A DNA stretch of 64,000 nucleotides, taken from contig OY759353.1 of NCBI GenBank assembly GCA_963662315.1, forward strand, positions 4,032,001 to 4,096,000. The letters run 5' to 3'. A program made the position numbers and the translations under genes. This document shows, one piece after another, positions 51,602 to 59,017 of the stretch. The stretch is from Geopsychrobacteraceae bacterium. Its GTDB lineage: Bacteria; Desulfobacterota; Desulfuromonadia; Desulfuromonadales; Geopsychrobacteraceae. The notes beneath the pieces are model-generated. The model saw nothing but the letters and a program-made list of their open reading frames with translations. It was not told the DNA's origin and ran no database searches. Positions within the stretch are counted from its first letter, which is position 1, and each line of letters begins with the position of its first letter.

Positions 51602-52363
51602 ATGCTGAATATTATTCGAGAACGACTGCGCCAGGGGCATCGGACCAGCAAGTTCCCTAAGCAGGCTCCCAAACTTTCCGATCGTTTCCGTGGTCGTCCG
51701 CTTATAACTGCTAACTTGAGCCACACTGCTTGTTCAGTCGCGGTTTCGGCCTGTCCGTTTACGGCACTTAGTTACGCTGACAACTGTCTGCAGCTGGATC
51801 TGGGACGTTGCCTGTTCTGCGCGGACTGTCCTGCCGTTGCCTTGGGGGCTCTCTCGTTCACCGGCAATCATCAGCTGGCGGTCAGGAAGCGGGAAGATCT
51901 GGTCCTTTACGATGAAACCTACCGCTTGGCGGACAAACTCGATAAGCAGATGCACAAGCTGTTTGGCCGCTCGCTTAAATTACGCCAGGTTTCAGCCGGC
52001 GGCTGTAATGCCTGTGAAGCCGATCTGAACGTGCTTGGAACCCTGGTTTTTGACCTTGGTCGTTTCGGGATTCAGTTTGTCGCTTCACCGCGTCACGCTG
52101 ATGGTATGATGGTGACCGGGCCGGTGACGGAAAATATGAAGAGCGCGTTGCTTGACACTTATGCGGCAATTCCTGATCCGAAGCTGGTGATTGCTTCCGG
52201 GGCCTGTGCCATCGGTGGTGGTCCGTTTTGTGGCAGCCCTGAAGTCCATGATGGGAGTGGCGGCATTGGGGATCTGCTGCCGGTTGATCTTTATATTCCC
52301 GGCTGCCCGCCGCACCCCTACACGGCGCTGGATGGTTTGCTGCGGCTGTTAGGACGGATCTAG
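51602..52363 (+). CDS. ehrS: Ehr small subunit (ferredoxin-like plus NuoB/HycG-like Fe-S domain)
   Basis: CLFCADC; GGCNACE, SPRHAD, GACA..GG, IPGCPP. Confidence 0.88.
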   Translation: MLNIIRERLRQGHRTSKFPKQAPKLSDRFRGRPLITANLSHTACSVAVSACPFTALSYADNCLQLDLGRCLFCADCPAVALGALSFTGNHQLAVRKREDLVLYDETYRLADKLDKQMHKLFGRSLKLRQVSAGGCNACEADLNVLGTLVFDLGRFGIQFVASPRHADGMMVTGPVTENMKSALLDTYAAIPDPKLVIASGACAIGGGPFCGSPEVHDGSGGIGDLLPVDLYIPGCPPHPYTALDGLLRLLGRI

Positions 52364-52453
52364 GCGATTGCCATCCGCCCCTAGGATGGCAACCGGGAAA
52401 CATTTTTTTACACAGTTTCTGCTTCGGAAATGGACTGTTTCAGGGCAGAAACT

Positions 52454-53194
52454 TTAATACACTGCGCGCCCCCCCGAAACATCAAATACAAAGCCGGTCG
52501 TAAAACTGCAGTCGGGGCTGGCGATGAAGGCCGCCATACGGGCAACATCCTCAATCTGAACCGCCCTGCCCATCGGAATTTTTGCGGTCATAGTTTTAAT
52601 GTGCTCTTCGGTCATTTGCGCGAAGAGCTCAGTTTCTGTCATAGCCGGGGCAATGGCATTGACAAGGATACCACTGGTTGCCAGTTCTCGGGCGATACTT
52701 TTGGTAAAAGCGATAACCCCGCCTTTGGCCGCTGCGTAGGCGGATATTCCTGGAACGCCTTCTTTTCCCGCCATGGATGCAATATTAATGATGCGCCCGG
52801 ACTGACGAGCCTGCATATCCGGCAGGACCGTTCGGGTACAGTAAAAGACACCAGTCAGATTAATCGCCAGGACCCTGTCCCAGGCTTCAAGAGGGTACTC
52901 CGTGCATGCGACAACGGGACCGTTGATCCCGGCGTTATTGATCAGGATATCAACCTTGCCAAGGGCTTTTACGGTTTCCCGATAGGCGTTCTCAACACTG
53001 GCAAGATCAGCAATATTGGCTTTCTGGACGAAAGCTGGTTTGAAACCGGCCTTCTCCTCTTCAAATGCGGCGCTGTTTATATCCCACAGGGCAACCTGGC
53101 AGCCCCGGGCATTCAGTTCCCGAGCAATGCCAAGCCCAATACCGCGAATTCCACCAGTGATAATAGCTGTCTGGCCGGCAAGATTTTGTTCCAT
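52454..53194 (-). CDS. SDR family oxidoreductase
   Basis: TGG.RGIG, NNAG, Y...K (YAAAK), C-terminal FDVSGGRAVY; AAGGAG RBS. Confidence 0.9.
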   Translation of the reverse strand: MEQNLAGQTAIITGGIRGIGLGIARELNARGCQVALWDINSAAFEEEKAGFKPAFVQKANIADLASVENAYRETVKALGKVDILINNAGINGPVVACTEYPLEAWDRVLAINLTGVFYCTRTVLPDMQARQSGRIINIASMAGKEGVPGISAYAAAKGGVIAFTKSIARELATSGILVNAIAPAMTETELFAQMTEEHIKTMTAKIPMGRAVQIEDVARMAAFIASPDCSFTTGFVFDVSGGRAVY

Positions 53195-53401
53195 TACGAC
53201 TGTCTCCTTGTGTTCGACATGAATCAGCGCGTGTATCTGCGGGAGTGATAGTCTGCCTATGCAATGATTGCAGGTGAGGTACAAGTGTATGCTTGTTTAA
53301 CCTGAGGTACAAGCGCAATAATGCAATGTTGGGATAAAATTTATGACATAAAGCTCTCAGTAGGATATTGTGAGATAAAAAACAGGAAAGGATGGGGATC
53401 G

Positions 53402-54142
53402 ATGGCCAGAATACTTTCTGCGGAACAGATGAAAACCATAGCGAGAAAACGCCCTAAATCTTTGGTTGTTGATGTTGCCGAAACAATCCGAAGCATGATT
53501 TTCAGGCGCGAATTCAAACTGGGAGAAATGCTTTCCGAAGAACAGATTGCCGCATCCATGAACATCAGCCGGACGCCGGTACGTGAGGCATTTTCCATGC
53601 TTCAACTGGAAGGGTTGATTGTTATCCTGCCGCAGCGTGGCAGCTTTGTGTTTACCATCGGTTCCGATGACCTGGGGGAACTTATTCAGTATCGGCTGAT
53701 TCTGGAACAGCAGGCGATGACGCTTGCCATCAACTATGATCTGGTCAACGCCCGTAACTCGCTGAGTGATATTCTCAAGCTGCTGGCCGAGGCCAAGAGT
53801 CTGAATGATCCTCTAGCTTATGCTGAAGCGGATACCCGGTTCCATGAGGTTTTTTTTGATTATTGCGGTAACCATTATCTCAAGCAGGCCTATGCGATGG
53901 CGTCCGGCAAGATAGCTGCTTTAAGAGCACACCTTTCTGAGCCTCTGGAAATCCATAAGAAGCCTTCCTATGAAGAACATAATCAGATCGCTGAGGCGTT
54001 CGGCAAGGGGGATCTGTCACGCGCTCTGGATATTTTGACGCGCCATATTGTGGTGATGGAGGACAATTACAAAAAGGCGCTGGTCGCGCTTGAACAGCTC
54101 GATGAGAACCGCGGACAAAAACAGGCTGTCCTTTCTCCCTAA
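53402..54142 (+). CDS. GntR family transcriptional regulator (FCD domain)
   Basis: LSEE.IA....ISRTPVREA...L..EGL....PQRG; FCD D..FH and EH..I. Confidence 0.92.
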   Translation: MARILSAEQMKTIARKRPKSLVVDVAETIRSMIFRREFKLGEMLSEEQIAASMNISRTPVREAFSMLQLEGLIVILPQRGSFVFTIGSDDLGELIQYRLILEQQAMTLAINYDLVNARNSLSDILKLLAEAKSLNDPLAYAEADTRFHEVFFDYCGNHYLKQAYAMASGKIAALRAHLSEPLEIHKKPSYEEHNQIAEAFGKGDLSRALDILTRHIVVMEDNYKKALVALEQLDENRGQKQAVLSP

Positions 54143-54211
54143 AGAGAACGGAGCTGAGATCCCTGACAGTGACAAAATCAGGGGCTGCTGGAAGTGTTGA
54201 AGATTCCCTGG

Positions 54212-54241
54212 TTGACAAAAGTTTAAATTTACCTATAAATA
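54212..54241 (+). promoter_or_regulatory. sigma70 promoter of the ilvB leader
   Basis: TTGACA at 54212 followed by TATAAAT at 54234. Confidence 0.6.
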
Positions 54242-54266
54242 TCTTTGCACACAAGGAGATGCCAAC

Positions 54267-54323
54267 ATGTTGAACAGCATAGCAACATTCATTCTTGTAC
54301 TAGTCGTGGTCGTCGTTAACTGA
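54267..54323 (+). CDS. ilvB leader peptide MLNSIATFILVLVVVVVN
   Basis: AAGGAG RBS 8 nt upstream; run of Ile/Leu/Val codons; followed by attenuator hairpins. Confidence 0.8.
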   Translation: MLNSIATFILVLVVVVVN

Positions 54324-54350
54324 CGACTCGGCTCAATCTTCGACGTATCG

Positions 54351-54430
54351 AGGGAGCTCGGGTTTTTGTCCTGCGCTCCCTTTTCTGTTTTTAAGGACCG
54401 CATGACAACCAGCTTCATGCGGTCTTTTTT
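54351..54430 (+). terminator. Attenuator terminator(s): two tandem hairpins with U-tracts
   Basis: agggagc..gctccct + ttttctgttttt (54351-54392); aaggaccgcatga..tcatgcggtcttt + ttt (54393-54430). Confidence 0.75.
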
Positions 54431-54448
54431 ATTAACAGGAGGAAATGG

Positions 54449-56122
54449 ATGAAAAACGGTGCACAGATTTTGCTCGAATGCCTCAAGCTGGAAGGGGTAG
54501 ATACGATTTTCGGTTATCCGGGAGCACGGACCCTGTTGCTCCATGACGCACTTATGGATGATCCGGATATTCGACATATTCTGGTGCGACATGAGCAGGC
54601 GGCGGCGCACGCCGCCGATGGCTATGCCCGCACGACCGGCAAGGTTGGGGTTTGTCTGACCACTTCCGGGCCCGGAGCCACCAATCTGGTCACCGGTATT
54701 GCCACCGCCTATATGGATTCGGTGCCGATTGTGGCCTTAACCGGCCAGGTGACGACCAGAGATATTGGTAACGACGCCTTCCAGGAAGCTGATATTGCCG
54801 GTATCACCCGCCCGATCAGCAAGCATAACTATATTGTTACCGATATTAAGGATCTGGCCCGTATAGTTCGTGAGGCCTTTTATATTGCCCGGACCAGAAG
54901 ACCGGGACCGGTGGTTATTGATCTGCCCAGTGATGTTATTGCCGCTTTGAGCACAGACAGTATTCCGCAGCAGGTGACACGGCGTGGTTATCAGGAGCGG
55001 CCCCAGTTGAACAGCAAGCAGATCCAGCGCGCTGCGGCACTGATCAATAAGGCCAAGAAACCCCTTATCTATGCCGGTGGCGGAGTTGTCCAGGCCAATT
55101 CTGCAGCGTTACTGCGGGGCGTGGCTGAAAAAGGGCAGATTCCGGTGACCCACACCCTGATGGGGATTGGGCTTATGGACCCGCATTCACCACTTTCCGT
55201 GGGGATGCTGGGCATGTATGGGGCCTGGTATGCCAATATGGCCGTGAATCAATGCGATTGCCTGATTGCCATCGGTGCTCGCTTTGATGACCGGGTAACG
55301 GGGAAGGTCGAAGCCTTTGCTCCCAACGCCAGAATTATCCATTTTGATATCGATCCGGCCAGTATCCACAAGGTGGTTCAGGACGGGCTGCCAATAGTGT
55401 GTGACGCCGCTGAAGCGTTGCTTAATCTGCAGGAATTGATTGACGCTAAAGATCGCAGTAAATGGCTGAAGGAAATCGCAACCTTTAAAGAACGTGGTCC
55501 TTTACCACGCCATGAGCGTGACCATCTGATGCCGCATGAGATTATGGACGCCCTGCATGAGGCTGCCGGAGATAACCCGGTGGTGGCTTCCGATGTCGGT
55601 TTGTCGCAGATGTGGGTTGCCAATTATTATCCCTTCAATCAGCCGCGTCAGTACATTACCAGCGGTGGCCTCGGGACGATGGGCTATGCTTTGCCGGCAG
55701 CTCTTGGGGCGGCGGTCGGTAGCCCGGAACGACCGATATTTGCTATCAACGGCGATGGTGCCTTCCAGATGAACTGCCAGGAGCTGGCGACCTGTTCGCA
55801 ATACGGAATTCCGGTCAAATGTATCATTCTCAATAACGGCAAGCTGGGGATGGTGCGGCAGTTTCAGACCTTATTCCTGGGCTCACGTTATGCTTCTACC
55901 AATCTGGAAGCCAAGGTTGATTTCTGTATGGTGGCCAGAGGGTTCGGCGTCCAAAGTCGCGCGGTCAAAGGGCTGGCCGAGTTTCGCGAGGCTCTGAAAT
56001 GGGCGGTGGAATACCCCGGCCCGGTCGTCTTGGACGTTGATATTCATCCCGATACCTATGCTTTTCCCATGGTACCGCCGGGAAAGGAAGCGACCGAGAT
56101 GATTTTTAATGCTGAAGAATAA
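54449..56122 (+). CDS. ilvB: Acetolactate synthase large subunit, biosynthetic type
   Basis: FGYPG, RHEQ.A.HAADGYAR, TSGPGATN, GARFDDRVTG, TSGGLGTMG, GDG..QMN, GMVRQ. Confidence 0.93.
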   Translation: MKNGAQILLECLKLEGVDTIFGYPGARTLLLHDALMDDPDIRHILVRHEQAAAHAADGYARTTGKVGVCLTTSGPGATNLVTGIATAYMDSVPIVALTGQVTTRDIGNDAFQEADIAGITRPISKHNYIVTDIKDLARIVREAFYIARTRRPGPVVIDLPSDVIAALSTDSIPQQVTRRGYQERPQLNSKQIQRAAALINKAKKPLIYAGGGVVQANSAALLRGVAEKGQIPVTHTLMGIGLMDPHSPLSVGMLGMYGAWYANMAVNQCDCLIAIGARFDDRVTGKVEAFAPNARIIHFDIDPASIHKVVQDGLPIVCDAAEALLNLQELIDAKDRSKWLKEIATFKERGPLPRHERDHLMPHEIMDALHEAAGDNPVVASDVGLSQMWVANYYPFNQPRQYITSGGLGTMGYALPAALGAAVGSPERPIFAINGDGAFQMNCQELATCSQYGIPVKCIILNNGKLGMVRQFQTLFLGSRYASTNLEAKVDFCMVARGFGVQSRAVKGLAEFREALKWAVEYPGPVVLDVDIHPDTYAFPMVPPGKEATEMIFNAEE

Positions 56123-56135
56123 GGTGGTTAGAGTC

Positions 56136-56891
56136 ATGAACTATAATGTGCTGAATCATCACCTGATAGCAGAGCGCTACTTTTTCCCGCTACGGGGTCA
56201 ATTCAAAGATCCTTTCTGGATAGACTGCGGTGATGCGCAACTGGCCTGCAGCTATCATCACTTCAATGAGCAGGGGAAAACCCTGCTTCATTTCCATGGT
56301 AACGGGGAAATTGTTGATGACTGGCTTGAGGTCTTTCCAGCGTTCTGCAAGGCGATTGGTTGTAATCTGTTGCTGGCCGAATACCGTGGCTACGGCCAAT
56401 CGAGCGGTAATCCGGAACTGGGGAAAATGCTGGATGATGTCGCCATTATCATTGAGGCACTGGCTTTACCTGAGTCACAGCTGATTGTTTTTGGACGCAG
56501 TGTCGGGTCAATTTTTGCTGTGGAGGCGGTGTCCAGGTATCCGGCTATTGGCGGGCTGGTTATTGAGAGTGGTATTGCCGATGTTCGGGAGCGTTTATTA
56601 TTGCGAGTGTCCCCGGACGAAATCGGAGTCACCATGGCAGACTTTGATAGGGTGGTGGATGAATCTCTCAATCATCAAAAGAAGCTGGCCGGTTATCCTG
56701 GACCTGTACTGATACTGCATACGCAACATGACGGTATCGTTGCTGTTGATCATGCTAAACAGCTGTATCAGTGGGTGCGCGGGAGGAAGGAAATCAACAT
56801 TTTTGAGCATGGAAACCATAATGACATCATGTTTGAAAATGCGCGGGAATATTTTTCAATTATCCATGATTTTATAGCGACACTCGACTGA
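56136..56891 (+). CDS. Alpha/beta hydrolase
   Basis: FHGNGE, EYRGYG.S.G.P, GRS.GS nucleophile, D and HND triad residues. Confidence 0.88.
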   Translation: MNYNVLNHHLIAERYFFPLRGQFKDPFWIDCGDAQLACSYHHFNEQGKTLLHFHGNGEIVDDWLEVFPAFCKAIGCNLLLAEYRGYGQSSGNPELGKMLDDVAIIIEALALPESQLIVFGRSVGSIFAVEAVSRYPAIGGLVIESGIADVRERLLLRVSPDEIGVTMADFDRVVDESLNHQKKLAGYPGPVLILHTQHDGIVAVDHAKQLYQWVRGRKEINIFEHGNHNDIMFENAREYFSIIHDFIATLD

Positions 56892-56977
56892 ATTTATAAC
56901 GTAGTAAAGAGAGTTTGTCCTATTATTTGAATTTAGGGATTTTTTGCTGTTTTAGGTCCGAAATATGAAAATAATAT

Positions 56978-57007
56978 TTGCCATACCGGGTTTGTTCTGG
57001 CTATGAT
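56978..57007 (+). promoter_or_regulatory. Putative sigma70 promoter about 430 nt upstream of ackA
   Basis: TTGCCA, 18 bp, TATGAT. Confidence 0.45.
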
Positions 57008-57443
57008 TTGTGGCGTTTTTATTTTTCGGAAAAGGTTACCTTTGGATATATACCACTTGTTCGTCAATTTGAACCGGTCGCTCGAGTTGACCTGTCCTTG
57101 CCATAGGTTTCTGTTGATTAAGCCAATCGTCCTGTGCTCGAATTAACTTCGCGTATGATGTTAATAGGCGTTCATGCAAAGATGCTTGTCAGGATTTACG
57201 GATAAGTCGGATCACGGTTTATTTTTTTTCGGGTGATCCACTCAACGGAGATGTTGAACAGGTTGACGGCATGGGGAATTTGCCAGATGAGTCTGCATTC
57301 AGAAATACCTGAAGTATGCGAGTTGGTCGTATGCTTTTACAGTAATTTTATCGACGTGTCGTTTTCTTTGGTGAAATAAAGACAGACATGTAAGGCTTGG
57401 CTTTTTTAAGTCTATTACGTTCATAACAAGAGGAGAGTAGTAC

Positions 57444-58709
57444 ATGGATATTTTGGCATTAAACTGCGGAAGTTCATCCGTTAAATACCAGCTTTACAAC
57501 TGGGATGAGAAAAAAGTTGTTGCCCAGGGGATGGTTGAGCGCGTCACCATCGGCGATTCTTACATTGTTCATGAAGTCACAGGCCGGGACAAGTATCGTG
57601 AAGAGTACGAGTGCCCTGATCATACCGTCGCTGTTCAATTGATCATCAAGACTCTGACGAATAAAGAAGTTGGTGTTGTTAAAGATATGTCGCAAATTTC
57701 AGCTGTTGGTCACCGTCTGGTTCACGGTGGTGAGAAGTTTACCTGCAGCGTCATGATTGATGACGAAGTTCTCAACACCATCAAGGAATTTTCTCATCTC
57801 GCTCCACTGCATAATCCGGCAAATATTGCCGGTGTTGAAGCAGCCAAATCAGTTCTTCCCAATGTTCCACACGTTGCTATTTTCGACACCGCTTTCCATC
57901 AGACCATGCCGGAAAAAGCTTATACCTATCCGGTTCCGTTTGAGTGGTATGAAAAGCACGGTGTGCGTCGCTATGGTTTCCATGGTACCAGTCACCTGTA
58001 TGTTTCCAAGCGTGCTGCCGTGTTGCTTGGCAAGGATCCTAAAGACTGTAACCTGGTGACTATGCACATTGGTAACGGTGCTTCCCACGCAGCGATCCAG
58101 AACGGTATCTGTGTTGATACCTCAATGGGCCTGACTCCGCTGGAAGGTGCTGTCATGGGGACCCGTTGTGGCGATATCGATCCGGCTATTCCTGCTTTCA
58201 TTCAGCAGGTTGAAGGACTCAGCGCTAAAGAGATCGATACTGTTCTCAACAAGCAGTCAGGTATCCTCGGTATCACCGGTAAGTATGCTGACCGTCGTGA
58301 TGTTGAAGATGGTGCTAAAGAGGGCGATGCCCGCTGCCAGTTGGCGTTGGATGTCGAGTGCTACCGCCTGAGAAAATATATCGGCGCTTACTTTGCTGCC
58401 GTTGGTCGCCTTGATGCAGTTGTCTTTACCGCTGGCGTTGGGGAGATGGGCTGCATTATTCGTGAAAAAGCTCTTGAAGGTCTCGAACACCTGGGGATTA
58501 TTCTGGACAAAGAAGTTAACGCCAAGACCAGAACCCGTAAGGCTGAAACCATGATCACCACCCCAGACTCACCGATCAAGGTTTTTGTTATCCCGACCAA
58601 CGAGGAACTGGTCTTTATCGAGGACGTTGTTGCAATCCTCGAAGGCACCTATACTGACCATATGAACTTCAAATATTCTTTTGCCGATAAGAGCTTCAAA
58701 ATCGGCTAA
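57444..58709 (+). CDS. ackA: Acetate kinase
   Basis: LNCGSSS.KYQL, GHR.VHGG, APLHNP, FDTAFH, RRYGFHGTSH, DTSMGLTPLEG, FTAG.GE, PTNEE. Confidence 0.97.
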   Translation: MDILALNCGSSSVKYQLYNWDEKKVVAQGMVERVTIGDSYIVHEVTGRDKYREEYECPDHTVAVQLIIKTLTNKEVGVVKDMSQISAVGHRLVHGGEKFTCSVMIDDEVLNTIKEFSHLAPLHNPANIAGVEAAKSVLPNVPHVAIFDTAFHQTMPEKAYTYPVPFEWYEKHGVRRYGFHGTSHLYVSKRAAVLLGKDPKDCNLVTMHIGNGASHAAIQNGICVDTSMGLTPLEGAVMGTRCGDIDPAIPAFIQQVEGLSAKEIDTVLNKQSGILGITGKYADRRDVEDGAKEGDARCQLALDVECYRLRKYIGAYFAAVGRLDAVVFTAGVGEMGCIIREKALEGLEHLGIILDKEVNAKTRTRKAETMITTPDSPIKVFVIPTNEELVFIEDVVAILEGTYTDHMNFKYSFADKSFKIG

Positions 58710-58758
58710 TAAAGAATAATACGTGCATCAATCGCAGGGTTACCTGCTGCGATTTTCA

Positions 58759-58799
58759 CGTCCGCCTGGGTTGGCGAGCCAACCCGGGCGGACGGTTTT
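58759..58799 (+). terminator. GC-rich terminator after ackA
   Basis: cgtccgcctgggttgg-cgag-ccaacccgggcggacg + gtttt. Confidence 0.7.
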
Positions 58800-59017
58800 C
58801 AATGAAAAGAGAGAGGCGGCGTTGTTGCTGCGCATAGTTTGAGATCCTGTGTGAAAGCCTATTCTTCTGCGGGGCTAACCAGCTTACCTTGCTACATCAA
58901 TTCAATGTGATGGTGTTTTTTGTAAAATTTTTATCATTTTGTGGCACTGCGTCACAGGAACAATAACGTCCATTTCTAACTGATGCCTGCCCGACTGGCA
59001 CGCAAGAGGAAGGTTTT

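Noticed and set aside
43072..52363. Call as hydrogenase-4 / formate hydrogenlyase or complex I
   Set aside because: The large subunit lacks both CxxC Ni-binding motifs; no maturation protease, fdh or nuoEFG genes in the window.
52430..53248. 272-aa plus-strand ORF
   Set aside because: Antisense shadow of the SDR gene, which has clear motifs and an RBS.
54259..54273. Micro-ORF MPTC* before the ilvB leader
   Set aside because: Its ATG abuts the RBS with no spacing; the ATG at 54267 is correctly spaced.
58920..58937. Possible Rex operator TTGTAAAATTTTTATCAT before nfnAB
   Set aside because: Four mismatches to TTGTGAA-N4-TTCACAA in AT-rich DNA; too weak without comparative support.
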